This document shows positions 47,164 to 56,900 of a stretch of DNA of 64,000 nt, one piece after another. Made by a program: the position numbers and the translations under genes. The stretch's first letter is position 1. The number at the start of each line of letters is the position of its first letter. The DNA lies in NCBI GenBank assembly GCA_965230955.1, contig OZ246404.1, positions 225,184 through 289,183 of the forward strand. The letters run 5' to 3'. The notes below the pieces were generated by a model. That model searched no databases. It was not told the DNA's origin and was given only the letters and a program-made list of their open reading frames with translations. The DNA comes from an uncultured Candidatus Saccharibacteria bacterium. Lineage in GTDB: Bacteria > Patescibacteriota > CALEFQ01.

Positions 47164-47913
47164 ATGAAGCAACCGTCTCTCGAGGAACTCCTCGAAGCCG
47201 GGGCGCATTTTGGCCACCAAGCGGCTAAATGGCACCCCTCGATGCGACCGTACATCTACACTGAACGCAACACCGTCCACATTATTGATTTGCAACAAAC
47301 TCAAAAGAAACTGGCCCAGGCCCAGGAAATTGTTGCTGATGTGGTGGCGAAAGATGGAACGGTTCTTTTTGTTGGTACGAAAAAACAGACGCAGAAGATC
47401 GTCAAAAAAATGGCCGAAGCGGTGGGTATGCCTTATGCCACCGAGCGTTGGCTGGGCGGGACTTTCACCAATTTCGACTCGATCAAAAAACAGGTCGCCA
47501 AACTCAAAGATTTGGAAGCCAAGAGACAAAGCGGTGAGCTGAGTAAATACACCAAAAAAGAACAAGTGGCTTTTGACAAAGAAATAGAGAGACTGAATCG
47601 ATTTTTTGGCGGACTGCGTACTTTGTATCGCTTGCCGGAAATGGTGGTGGTTTTCGATACGCATACCGACAAAAACGCCGTGAGTGAGGGAACGCGCAAA
47701 AAAGTTCCCACGGTAGCCTTATGCGATACCAATTCCAACGCCGACGAAGTGACTTATCCGATTCCGACCAATGATGATGCCGTGAAAGTACTGGAATTAA
47801 TGGCGCAATCGTTTCAGTCCGCCGTTGAAGAAGGCAAGAAACGCAGAGGAGCCAAGACGGAAGCGCTGGCCAAAGGGAATTCTCCTAAAATCGTTAATAA
47901 AACAAAAATATGA
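47164..47913 (+). CDS. rpsB: 30S ribosomal protein S2
   Basis: LLEAGAHFGHQAAKWHPSMRPYIYTERNTVHIIDL. Confidence 0.95.
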   Translation: MKQPSLEELLEAGAHFGHQAAKWHPSMRPYIYTERNTVHIIDLQQTQKKLAQAQEIVADVVAKDGTVLFVGTKKQTQKIVKKMAEAVGMPYATERWLGGTFTNFDSIKKQVAKLKDLEAKRQSGELSKYTKKEQVAFDKEIERLNRFFGGLRTLYRLPEMVVVFDTHTDKNAVSEGTRKKVPTVALCDTNSNADEVTYPIPTNDDAVKVLELMAQSFQSAVEEGKKRRGAKTEALAKGNSPKIVNKTKI

Positions 47914-48506
47914 TTTCAGCTAGCGAGGTCAAAAAATTGCGAGCCCAGACGGGCGCGCCCATGATGAAAGTAAAAGAAGCCCTGGCGGAAGCCAAAGGCG
48001 ATATTGCCAAAGCGATAGAGGTTTTGCGAAAAAAAGGCGCGGAGATCGCCGCCGAAAAATCTACCCGGCAGGCGCATGAAGGCGTAATCGCTTCATATAT
48101 CCACAACAATGAAAAAATCGGGGTTTTGGTGGAATTAAACTGCGAGACCGATTTTGTGGCGCGTAATCCGGACTTCAAGCAATTAGGCAAGGATATTGCC
48201 ATGCAAGTAGCGGCGATGCGACCGGAAGTGGTGAAACCCGAGGATCTGGGAGCGGCGATTTTGAATCAGGAAAAGAAAATATATCTGGAACAGCTCAAAG
48301 ATTCAAAGAAACCGGACAAGATCAAGGAAAAAATTGTCGAGGGAAAGCTGAAAAAATTCGCCGAGGAAAAAAGTTTGCTCAAGCAAAAGTTTATCAAGGA
48401 TGACAAGATTACGATCGAAACATTGATTACCGATCTGGTCGGACGGCTGAAAGAAAATATTCAAGTTAAACGTTTCATCCGTTTCGAAGTGGGTGAGAAT
48501 AAATAA
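47910..48506 (+). CDS. tsf: elongation factor Ts
   Basis: LRAQTGAPMMKVKEAL...LVELNCETDFVARN. Confidence 0.9.
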   Translation: MISASEVKKLRAQTGAPMMKVKEALAEAKGDIAKAIEVLRKKGAEIAAEKSTRQAHEGVIASYIHNNEKIGVLVELNCETDFVARNPDFKQLGKDIAMQVAAMRPEVVKPEDLGAAILNQEKKIYLEQLKDSKKPDKIKEKIVEGKLKKFAEEKSLLKQKFIKDDKITIETLITDLVGRLKENIQVKRFIRFEVGENK

Positions 48507-48508
48507 AT

Positions 48509-49225
48509 ATGGCCAAGCTGAAATTCCGCCGTGTTTTATTGAAATTGTCTGGCACGGTCTTTGCCGGTCCTGATGGTTTCGGAATTGATCCGGCGGCGGT
48601 CAGTCGAACGGCCAAGACTATTGCAGCGTTGCACCGCCTGGGGGTGCAAATCGCCATTGTGAATGGTGCGGGAAATCTTTTCCGCTATCGCCAGGTCAAA
48701 AACACGTCCATGCGACGGGTGTATGCCGATTCAGCGGGGATGATGGGGACCATGATGAATGCTTTGTCTTTGCAGGATTTTTTGGAACAGCTCAAAATTC
48801 CGACTGCCCTTTATTCCGCGGTGGAATTGCAGACGGTGATTGGGGCCTACCGGATCCGGCAGGCTCAAGCGGATCTGGTAGCCGGCAAAGTGGTATTAAT
48901 CTGCGGCGGGACCGGGCATCCTTTCTTTACCACCGATACGGCGGCGGTACTGCGGGCGCTGGAAGTCGAGGCTGATGTCGTACTCAAGGCGACGGATGTT
49001 GACGGCGTTTATGACGCCGATCCCCGGAAAGATAAACGGGCGAAGAAATACGATTTCGTGACCTATGAGGAGGTTATCGCCAAACGCTTGAAAGTCATGG
49101 ATCAAACGGCTTTTGCTCTCGCTCAAGAACATCGGTTACCAATATTGGTTTTTAATTTTTCTTCGGCCGGGGCCCTGGTGTCCGCTGTGACCGGGAAAAA
49201 AATCGGGACTCTGATCCGAGCATAA
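48509..49225 (+). CDS. pyrH: UMP kinase
   Basis: FRRVLLKLSGTVFAG...GGTGHPFFTTDTAA. Confidence 0.9.
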   Translation: MAKLKFRRVLLKLSGTVFAGPDGFGIDPAAVSRTAKTIAALHRLGVQIAIVNGAGNLFRYRQVKNTSMRRVYADSAGMMGTMMNALSLQDFLEQLKIPTALYSAVELQTVIGAYRIRQAQADLVAGKVVLICGGTGHPFFTTDTAAVLRALEVEADVVLKATDVDGVYDADPRKDKRAKKYDFVTYEEVIAKRLKVMDQTAFALAQEHRLPILVFNFSSAGALVSAVTGKKIGTLIRA

Positions 49226-49227
49226 TT

Positions 49228-50022
49228 ATGGGGAAGATCGCTAAAGTCCAATTTAATTTTTGGGATCAGCCGTATGATTTTGATACCGGCGATTTGGTTT
49301 TGGCGAAGGGGGATTGTGTTATTGTCCGGACCGAATTAGGCATGGAAATAGGAAACGTGGTTGCTTTGGTGGCCGAGCCGGAAAAGAGCGATCGTCCTCT
49401 CAAGCCGGTTATCCGAAAGGCAACCGCTGACGACCGGGCCAAAATGGCCAAGTACGAATCTCGCCGTTTGGAAATTATCAATGATTGCCGCCGTTTGATT
49501 CGGGCGCACGCACTACCGATGAAATTAGTTAACGTGTATTTTTCTTTTGAGGGCTCTCGACTGACTTTTACTTTTACGGCTGATAGCCGTGTCGATTTTC
49601 GCTCACTCGTTCGTGATTTGACCCGCAAATTCCAGAAGTCGATCCGCTTGCAGCAAATCGGATCCCGCGACGAGTCTCGGGCTTGCGGCGGATTCGGGAT
49701 GTGCGGACGTGAACTTTGTTGCCGCCGATTTTTGGGCGAGTTTGCCTCGATCACGACTGATATGGCGCGGGTTCAGCAAATGACGCACCGGGGGAGCGAT
49801 CGAATTTCCGGAATTTGCGGCCGGCTGATGTGCTGTCTGGCCTATGAGGAAAAGCAGTATCACGAATGGTTGTCGAAAATGCCGGAAGTGGGTTCGATGG
49901 TCAGAACCAAGCAAGGCAAAGGCGTCGTGTTTGATCGTTGCTTGCCCAAGCAGATGGTCAAGGTCCGGCTTGATGACAAAGAGCAAACCCAAGTGGAAGT
50001 TCCATTAGCCGATATTCGTTAA
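49228..50022 (+). CDS. PSP1 C-terminal domain protein (RicT/YaaT family)
   Basis: Cys-rich CGGFGMCGRELCCRRFL...GICGRLMCCLAYEE is characteristic of PSP1/YaaT. Confidence 0.65.
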   Translation: MGKIAKVQFNFWDQPYDFDTGDLVLAKGDCVIVRTELGMEIGNVVALVAEPEKSDRPLKPVIRKATADDRAKMAKYESRRLEIINDCRRLIRAHALPMKLVNVYFSFEGSRLTFTFTADSRVDFRSLVRDLTRKFQKSIRLQQIGSRDESRACGGFGMCGRELCCRRFLGEFASITTDMARVQQMTHRGSDRISGICGRLMCCLAYEEKQYHEWLSKMPEVGSMVRTKQGKGVVFDRCLPKQMVKVRLDDKEQTQVEVPLADIR

Positions 50023-50025
50023 AAT

Positions 50026-50991
50026 ATGTCATACACTATTATCCCTGAAATTATCGTATTTGCGGCGATTGCGGTCGTGATTATTTTGGTTTTGCGGCGT
50101 TTGCCCCAAACCAGAAAAATTCCCGACCAAGATCCTAAAAAGGATTTGCCGGATCAGCCGCGCCAAGCGCGCCGCGATATTGTTTTTAAATTGAAGAGTG
50201 AAAATTTCTCCCGCTGGCGGCAAGAACGAACTCAAAAGTTTTCCACCGCTTGGAGTGGTTTGGTCGGTTGGGTGAAGGGGTTGTTTACGCGCCGGCGTCA
50301 ATCATTGGCGGAGCCCGTCAAGGGACAGGCGCAGCATGTTGTTGAAGCCAAACGAGAAATTGCCAAAAAAACAGTAGAAAAAAAGGAAATAGCGGCGCCG
50401 GTGGCCAGTCGGCGTTTGAGCGAAGGCGATCAGGCCAAGATTAGGGATCTCAGCTGGGAAGCGCGCAAAGCGGCTAAAAAAGAGGATTACGCGGCGGCAG
50501 AAAGATATTATTTGGAAGTTTTGAAGATAGACGAAAACAACAGCGATGTTTATAAAGGCTTGGGCGCGGTTTATACTCAGCAAAAGAATTTCTCTGATGC
50601 TGCCGGAGCTTACAAGCAATCAATTCGTTTGGGTAGTCGAGATGAACAGACCTATTTGTCTCTGGGTGAAGCTCTGTTACAGAAAAAAGACTGGAAAGAA
50701 GCGATTGAAACGCTGGATCACGTGATTCGGCTCAGTCCGCAAATGGCCTCGACATATGCTTTGCTGGGTCGGGCTTATACCGGATTAAAATTGCACAAAG
50801 AAGCGCTGAAATATTTTGAACTGGCGGCCAAGTTTGATCCTAAAAATGTCGGATATTTGATGTTTTTGGCCGAAGCCGCTCAGCGACGCGGGCTGGATGT
50901 GATTGCGAAAATGAATCTCAACAAAATACTTGAGTTGGATCCAAAAAACGAGGTGGCTAAAAAACTCTTGGACAAATTGCTCCAAGAATGA
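50026..50991 (+). CDS. membrane-anchored TPR-repeat protein
   Basis: N-terminal TM segment. At least 5 TPR-like repeats (AAERYYLEVLKIDENNSDVYKGLGAVY...). Confidence 0.6.
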   Translation: MSYTIIPEIIVFAAIAVVIILVLRRLPQTRKIPDQDPKKDLPDQPRQARRDIVFKLKSENFSRWRQERTQKFSTAWSGLVGWVKGLFTRRRQSLAEPVKGQAQHVVEAKREIAKKTVEKKEIAAPVASRRLSEGDQAKIRDLSWEARKAAKKEDYAAAERYYLEVLKIDENNSDVYKGLGAVYTQQKNFSDAAGAYKQSIRLGSRDEQTYLSLGEALLQKKDWKEAIETLDHVIRLSPQMASTYALLGRAYTGLKLHKEALKYFELAAKFDPKNVGYLMFLAEAAQRRGLDVIAKMNLNKILELDPKNEVAKKLLDKLLQE

Positions 50992-51103
50992 TCTGGCTTG
51001 ACAAGGATTGTCTAAGTTGGCCAAATAGGCTACAATTCAGCTCGTAAAAGAGCTGGTGGGCTCGGGGGTTTTTAGCCCACCGAAGCCTAAGAGGCGTAGG
51101 TGG

Positions 51104-51179
51104 GCCACCTTAGCTCAGTTGGTAGAGCAATCGCTTTGTAAGCGAAAGGTCCTCGGTTCGAATCCGAGAGGTGGCTCCA
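51104..51179 (+). tRNA. tRNA-Thr (anticodon TGT)
   Basis: Cloverleaf folded by hand. Acceptor gccacct/aggtggc, D-arm gctc...gagc, anticodon loop tTTGTAa, T-arm ctcgg-ttcgaat-ccgag, encoded CCA. Confidence 0.75.
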
Positions 51180-51231
51180 GACCATTACCACTCGTTCCGC
51201 TCTGGGCTTAGGCGTGTTCAACAATTTTGGG

Positions 51232-51317
51232 GGGCAGGTACCAAAGTGGTCAAATGGGCCAGACTGTAAATCTGGCGCCTTCGGGCTTCGCAGGTTCGAC
51301 TCCTGCCCTGCCCACCA
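51232..51317 (+). tRNA. tRNA-Tyr (anticodon GTA) with a long variable arm
   Basis: Acceptor gggcagg/cctgccc. Anticodon loop cTGTAaa. Variable-arm stem-loop. T-arm gcagg-ttcgact-cctgc. Encoded CCA. Confidence 0.85.
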
Positions 51318-51381
51318 AAATTGTTGAACAAAGTATATATTCGCTTGATTCGTATTTCATCCGCATTATATTTCTATCCGT

Positions 51382-51540
51382 ATGCCACAAGAAAATCTGA
51401 TCAAATTGCAATGCAGTGAGTGTAAAAAGATCAATTACTACTCGCATCGCAATAAAAAAACTCTCAAAGAGAAGCTGACCCTAAAGAAGTATTGCAAGCA
51501 TTGCCGCAAGCGCACTTTGCATAAAGAAACCAAGAAATAA
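51382..51540 (+). CDS. rpmG: 50S ribosomal protein L33 (52 aa; below the ORF-track size cut-off)
   Basis: MPQENLIKLQCSECKKINYYSHRNKKTLKEKLTLKKYCKHCRKRTLHKETKK. Confidence 0.8.
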   Translation: MPQENLIKLQCSECKKINYYSHRNKKTLKEKLTLKKYCKHCRKRTLHKETKK

Positions 51541-51590
51541 TTAGGTTATTTGAATTTTGGTTTAGGATTTACCGCGCTCGGCGCGGTTAC

Positions 51591-51665
51591 GGGGGTATAG
51601 TTTTAATGGTAAAACGCTGGTCTCCAAAACCGGTATTCTCCGTTCGAGTCGGAGTACCCCCGCCA
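51591..51665 (+). tRNA. tRNA-Trp (anticodon CCA)
   Basis: Acceptor gggggta/taccccc. Anticodon loop cTCCAaa. T-arm ctccg-ttcgagt-cggag. Encoded CCA. Confidence 0.75.
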
Positions 51666-51741
51666 CCTGCCGGCAGGCAGGCACTTCGCCCGCCGGAGGA
51701 AGGAGTGGTTTGCGATCCTAAATGACTAAAAAATTTTCAAT

Positions 51742-52680
51742 ATGACAAAAATATTCGACACGATTGTCGTCGGTACCGGCGCGGCGGGAATGACCGCCGC
51801 CATTTACGCCAAACGCTACAATTTGGATGTTTTGATGATTGGCGAGAAACGCGGCGGCACGGCGGTGGAAGCGTATAAAATAGAAAATTATCCCGGTTTT
51901 CCCGAGATTACCGGTTTGGAATTGATGGAAAAGTTTCGGGCGCATGCCGAAAAATTATCCGTGCCCATCAAAGATCATGGCGTGACCAGGCTTTCTTCGG
52001 CCGGAGATTTGTTCAATGTTACCACCGCCAACAAAGAAAATTTTCAATGCCGGACTTTGGTCCTGGCTCTGGGCACCAAACGGAAAAAACTGGAAGTTCC
52101 CGGCGAGGCGGAATTTACCGGCAAGGGCGTGGCTTATTGCGCCACTTGTGACGCGCCGTTTTTCAAAAACAAAGTGGTGGCCGTGGCCGGCGGAGGTGAC
52201 GCCGCGACAATGGCCTCGGTCTTATTGACCCAATACGCTTCGAAGGTATATTTATTGGTGCGCTCGGAAACGCTTAAGGGCGAGCCGGTTTGGATCGAGC
52301 GGGCGACTACGCATAAAAAAATAGAGGTCATTTATAACACGCAAGTGACTAAGGTGCTGGGAACTAAAATGGTGGAAGGCGTTGAGTTGGATAAACCATA
52401 TCAAGCTAAAAAAGTTTTACCGGTGCAGGGAGTTTTTGTGGAAATCGGCGCGCGTCCGGCGACGGAGCTGGCCAAAGATTTCGGTGTGGAATTAAATGAC
52501 CGATGGCGAATCAAAGTCGATAATGAGCAACGGACTAATCTGGCCGGCGTTTTTGCATCCGGTGACGTGACTGACAAAACCGGCCATTTTGAGCAAATCG
52601 TAAATTCGGCGGCTCAGGGCGCCCAGGCGGCTTATAGCGCTTTTCTTTATTTACAGGACAAGAAAAAAACCGCCAAATAA
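51742..52680 (+). CDS. trxB: thioredoxin-disulfide reductase
   Basis: FAD motif VVGTGAAG. Redox-active CATCD. Confidence 0.85.
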   Translation: MTKIFDTIVVGTGAAGMTAAIYAKRYNLDVLMIGEKRGGTAVEAYKIENYPGFPEITGLELMEKFRAHAEKLSVPIKDHGVTRLSSAGDLFNVTTANKENFQCRTLVLALGTKRKKLEVPGEAEFTGKGVAYCATCDAPFFKNKVVAVAGGGDAATMASVLLTQYASKVYLLVRSETLKGEPVWIERATTHKKIEVIYNTQVTKVLGTKMVEGVELDKPYQAKKVLPVQGVFVEIGARPATELAKDFGVELNDRWRIKVDNEQRTNLAGVFASGDVTDKTGHFEQIVNSAAQGAQAAYSAFLYLQDKKKTAK

Positions 52681-52720
52681 AAACAGGCTGCCGATTGCGG
52701 TAGCCTGTGGCCGGATTCTT

Positions 52721-52975
52721 TTAGAAAAATTTTGATCGAATAAAGAATCCGAGTATCAGTGCCAGCCAGAGTGTTGTCAGCGCGAAAACCGGTATCAGGA
52801 CTAGCCACGGGTCGACCAGCATCAGGGAAAAAATTATCCCCAAGATCATAGCCACGGGAAACCCGATAAACCAGTCAGCCCGTCGTCTGGCAGTTGCCTC
52901 AGATCGGAACGGGTTTAAATACTCTTCTGCCTCCTGAAGAATCCTCTTCATATATTTCCCTCCAATCTGGCGCAA
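52721..52975 (-). CDS. small membrane protein, hypothetical
   Basis: Two TM segments. No recognisable motif. Confidence 0.3.
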   Translation of the reverse strand: MRQIGGKYMKRILQEAEEYLNPFRSEATARRRADWFIGFPVAMILGIIFSLMLVDPWLVLIPVFALTTLWLALILGFFIRSKFF

Positions 52976-53005
52976 TTATATCCAATTATACTAAAAAGTC
53001 AAGCC

Positions 53006-54082
53006 ATGACTGGGAATGAAGCCAAGAAAAATTTGGTAGTGTACCAGGCTCGGATCGAGAAGAGGATCCATCAGTTTTTCGAGCGGGAAAAGAAAGAGGC
53101 CAAAAAAATCGACCCATTTCTATATCACAATGTGCTGGCCTTGGAAGAGTTGGTATGTCGTTATGGCAAGCGCTTACGTCCGGTGCTAATGATTTTTGCC
53201 TATCAGGCGGCCGGCGGTAAAGATATTGCCTCGATTGAAAAAGCGGCGGTGGCGATCGAGCTTTTTCATAACTTTCTGCTGGTGCATGACGATGTTATCG
53301 ATCAGGATTTTATGCGCCACCAAGGGCCTTCGCTACACGAGGTTTATCGGCGTTATCATCTTCAACATCACTTGGTGGGGGACTCCAGGCATTTCGGCGA
53401 ATCAGTCGCTATAATCTTGGGTGATATTCTTGCTTCTTATTGCAATCGTATTTTGATTAACAGCCATTTCACCGTGCCCCAGCGGCACGCTGTTTTATTA
53501 CAAGTGAGTCAGGTCACGAAAGAAGTCGGTTATGGGCAAAATTTCGACATTTTGGCCGGGGCGAAAAAAAAGATAACGGAAAAGGAAGTTTTGCGGATCC
53601 ATTATTATAAAACGGCAAAATATACAATCGAAAATCCCATCATGGTCGGCGGTATTTTCGGCGCCATGAAGCCGTCCGTCTTGAAGCAGTTGTCCCGTTA
53701 CGCGATTCCTTTGGGGATCGCTTTCCAGATTCAGGATGATATTTTGGGTATGTTTGCCGATGAAAAAAAATTAGGCAAGCCGGTCGGTTCGGATTTGCGA
53801 GAAGGTAAACAGACTCTGTTGGTAACTCGAGTCTTGGCCGGCGGCACGGCTGCTCAGAAAAAACGTTTCCGGCAATTGCTGGGCCAGCCTCATTTGACGA
53901 TGAGGGAGATAGATGACGCCCGGGAGATAATTGTGGCTACGGGAGCACTGGAGTATTCTAAACGACTGGCTAAAAAATACGCGATGCAAGCCAAACGCAT
54001 TATTCGACGGATAAGTTTGCACGGCCGAGGCAAAGAATTTTTAGAAGGAATCGCCAATTATATCATTGAACGGGAACTTTAA
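53006..54082 (+). CDS. polyprenyl diphosphate synthase (GGPP/FPP synthase family)
   Basis: First DDxxD LLVHDDVIDQD. Second FQIQDDILG. Confidence 0.85.
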   Translation: MTGNEAKKNLVVYQARIEKRIHQFFEREKKEAKKIDPFLYHNVLALEELVCRYGKRLRPVLMIFAYQAAGGKDIASIEKAAVAIELFHNFLLVHDDVIDQDFMRHQGPSLHEVYRRYHLQHHLVGDSRHFGESVAIILGDILASYCNRILINSHFTVPQRHAVLLQVSQVTKEVGYGQNFDILAGAKKKITEKEVLRIHYYKTAKYTIENPIMVGGIFGAMKPSVLKQLSRYAIPLGIAFQIQDDILGMFADEKKLGKPVGSDLREGKQTLLVTRVLAGGTAAQKKRFRQLLGQPHLTMREIDDAREIIVATGALEYSKRLAKKYAMQAKRIIRRISLHGRGKEFLEGIANYIIEREL

Positions 54083-54918
54083 TGAAAGTAAATTTGGCCC
54101 AGAGTGCTGGTTTTTGCGCCGGTGTGAAACGCGCCGTCCAGTTGGCGTTAAAAGATGCGGCATTGTTCCCGGGCCGCATTTTTATGTTGGGTGATATTGT
54201 CCACAATGCCGTGGTGGTGGACAAATTACAGCGCGCGGGAATAAAAGTCGTGAAGTCGCTTAGTCAGATCCCGCGCGGTTCCACAATTTTGATTCGAGCC
54301 CATGGCAGCCGCCCGTCCGTATATCGGGCCGCGCGCCGGCGGGGATTGCGAATTGTTGATGCCACTTGTCCGATGGTCGCGGAAATTCACCATCAGGCGA
54401 TAAAATTACAAAAAGCGGGGTTGACCGTGGCCATTATCGGAGATGCCAAGCACGATGAAGTGCTGGGTATCGCCGGCGAGCTAAAGCATCCTTTCATTCT
54501 TTCGCGAGAGGAAGATGTCGAAAAACTTCCCCGCTCGACGAAGAAAATCGGATTGGTGGTTCAGTCGACTCAGAGCTTGGCGCAGGTAAAAAAAATCGTG
54601 AGCGCCTTGCTGGATCGGTTCGCCGATGTCCGTTTGATTAATACTATTTGCGCGCCGACGCTGGCGCACCAGAGAGAAATTTATCGTCTGCCCGGAGAAA
54701 ATGACGCGATTGTCATTGTCGGGTCCAGAAAAAGTGCCAATACCAAACGATTATTTGAAATAGCCGCTTCGCTCAATCATCGGACTTATTGGATTGAGAC
54801 CGCCTCGGATTTAAAACGTCTTTGGTTTAAAGGGGTAAAAAAGATCGGAGTAACAGCCGGCGCCTCCACGCCGGATGAAGTCATCAAGAAAGTCGTTACG
54901 ACATTGAAAGGATACTAA
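54082..54918 (+). CDS. ispH: 4-hydroxy-3-methylbut-2-enyl diphosphate reductase
   Basis: SAGFCAGVKRAV...VHNAVVVDKL...CPMVAEIH; three conserved Cys regions. Confidence 0.85.
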   Translation: MKVNLAQSAGFCAGVKRAVQLALKDAALFPGRIFMLGDIVHNAVVVDKLQRAGIKVVKSLSQIPRGSTILIRAHGSRPSVYRAARRRGLRIVDATCPMVAEIHHQAIKLQKAGLTVAIIGDAKHDEVLGIAGELKHPFILSREEDVEKLPRSTKKIGLVVQSTQSLAQVKKIVSALLDRFADVRLINTICAPTLAHQREIYRLPGENDAIVIVGSRKSANTKRLFEIAASLNHRTYWIETASDLKRLWFKGVKKIGVTAGASTPDEVIKKVVTTLKGY

Positions 54919-54919
54919 T

Positions 54920-55972
54920 ATGATCTCAAGACGCAAAACCAGGCCGGCCAGAGTGGGTAAATTGGTGATCGGCGGATCCGCGCCGGTTTCCGTTCAGACA
55001 ATGACGAATACAAAGACCAGTGATGTCGTGGCTACGGTGCGGCAGATAAAAGAAGTGGAATCGGCGGGTGCCGATCTGGTGCGCGTGGCGGTGCCGGATA
55101 TGGCTTCGGCCCGAGCCATCGGGGCGATCAAAAAGAGAATAAAAATACCGCTGGTGGCCGATATTCATTTTGATTATCTTTTGGCTCTGGAGTCAATCAA
55201 ACAGGGAATTGATAAATTGCGGATCAATCCCGGTAATATCGGTTCGCCCGACCGCGTTAAAGCTGTCGTGCTGGCGGCGAAGAAGAAAAAAATACCTATC
55301 CGGATCGGCGTCAATCTGGGATCGCTGGAACCGGCTATTCTGAAACGCCGGGGGCGCACCGCGGCGGCGATGGTACAGTCGGCTTTGGGACATATTCGGT
55401 TGTTGGAGAAATATGGTTTCCGAGACATCATTATTGCCATGAAGGCGAGCAATGTGGAGCGCACGGTAGACGCTTATGAATCATTGGCGCGCCGAGTTGA
55501 TTATCCTTTCCATTTGGGGATCACTGAGGCCGGGACAACTTTTTCCGGCACAATCAAGTCGAGTATCGGGTTGGGGAGTCTCTTGCTGAAAGGTATCGGC
55601 GATACTTTACGGGTATCTCTGACCGGTCCGCTACGGGAAGAAATTGCCGTCGGGCAGGAAATTTTACAGTCATTGGGATTACGTCAGTTTAAGGTATCGA
55701 TTACCAGCTGTCCCACTTGCGCCCGGACGACGATCGAGGTGGAAAAATTGGCGAAGCAGTTAGAAAAAAAATTATCCGGCGTGAAACGTCCGCTACATTT
55801 GGCGGTTATGGGTTGCGTCGTCAATGGTCCCGGCGAGGCGGCCGAAGCCGATTTGGGGATTACGGGCGTGAAAGGCCAAGCGGTTTTGTTTAAAAAAGGG
55901 AAAATTTATAAAACAGTGCCCGTTTCTCGGGCAATAGCATTGTTACTTGCTGAAATTAAGAAGTTGGGATAA
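54920..55972 (+). CDS. ispG: 4-hydroxy-3-methylbut-2-en-1-yl diphosphate synthase
   Basis: VGKLVIGGSAPVSVQTMTNTKT...SCPTCARTT...MGCVVNGPGEA. Confidence 0.9.
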   Translation: MISRRKTRPARVGKLVIGGSAPVSVQTMTNTKTSDVVATVRQIKEVESAGADLVRVAVPDMASARAIGAIKKRIKIPLVADIHFDYLLALESIKQGIDKLRINPGNIGSPDRVKAVVLAAKKKKIPIRIGVNLGSLEPAILKRRGRTAAAMVQSALGHIRLLEKYGFRDIIIAMKASNVERTVDAYESLARRVDYPFHLGITEAGTTFSGTIKSSIGLGSLLLKGIGDTLRVSLTGPLREEIAVGQEILQSLGLRQFKVSITSCPTCARTTIEVEKLAKQLEKKLSGVKRPLHLAVMGCVVNGPGEAAEADLGITGVKGQAVLFKKGKIYKTVPVSRAIALLLAEIKKLG

Positions 55973-56019
55973 ATTAGTTTATAAGCCTGTCACCGGATCA
56001 CGACGAGCTCGGTCTAGTC

Positions 56020-56080
56020 GCAGGCAGGTCTTTGGTCTTTCGTCTTTAGCCAAAGACCAAAGACTAATGACCAAAGACTA
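56020..56080 (+). repeat. repeat hairpin of GGTCTTT/CCAAAGAC units in the uppS 5' region
   Basis: ggtctttggtctttcgtctttagccaaagaccaaagactaatgaccaaagac. Confidence 0.5.
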
Positions 56081-56082
56081 TA

Positions 56083-56843
56083 TGGATACATTCGCCTTGG
56101 CTAAAACTGAAGCCTTCAATCTATTGCAATCCAAAGCCGGTACGCAAGCGGTTGATTTGGTGGTGCCTAAGCATATTGGGATCATCATGGATGGCAATCG
56201 TCGCTGGGCGGAAGCGCGCGGTTTGGCGCGGGCCAAGGGGCATGAAGCGGGAGCGGTGGCGCTGGAACAGCTCACCGATTATGCCGCTAGGATCGGAGTG
56301 GAGGCCTTGACGGTCTATGCCTTTTCCACTGAAAACTGGCAAAGTCGAACCAAGATGGAAATTCGCGAATTGTTCGGTCTGATTAAATTGGTGCTCCGGC
56401 GCCGTCTCAAAAAGATGCAGGCAAATGGGGTCGTGCTGGGGCTGATCGGCGATATCCAAAGATTTCCTTTGAATTTACGGCGGGTTTTGTTTCATGCCAA
56501 GGAAGTCCTGAAGAAAAACAACCGGATCAAATTAAATTTGGCTCTAAATTACGGCGGACGGGATGAAATCTTGCGCGCGTTTAAAAAAATCACCGAGAAA
56601 AAAGTTTCAGCGAAGGAAATAAATGAGGAATTACTGGCTAAACATTTGGATACCGGCGGTTTGCCGGAGCCGGACTTGATCATTCGCACCGGCGGACGTC
56701 AGCGACTAAGCAATTTTCTGGTCTGGCAGTGTACTTACAGCGAGCTGTATTTTACCGACGCGCTTTGGCCGGATTTCGGTCCGGACGAGTTGGACAAGGC
56801 GATCCTGTACTATAGTCAGTGCGAAAGAAATTTCGGGAAATAA
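56083..56843 (+). CDS. uppS: undecaprenyl diphosphate synthase (start at MDTFALAK, after the repeat hairpin)
   Basis: HIGIIMDGNRRWA...ALNYGGRDEI... Confidence 0.85.
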
Positions 56844-56852
56844 CCGAACGAT

Positions 56853-56900
56853 AACAAACCCGCCCGCCGAATCGGCGGGCGGGTTTGTTATGTTTTATTT
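56853..56900 (+). terminator. strong intrinsic terminator after uppS
   Basis: Perfect 16-bp stem aacaaacccgcccgcc/ggcgggcgggtttgtt with loop gaat, followed by ATGTTTTATTTTT. Confidence 0.65.
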
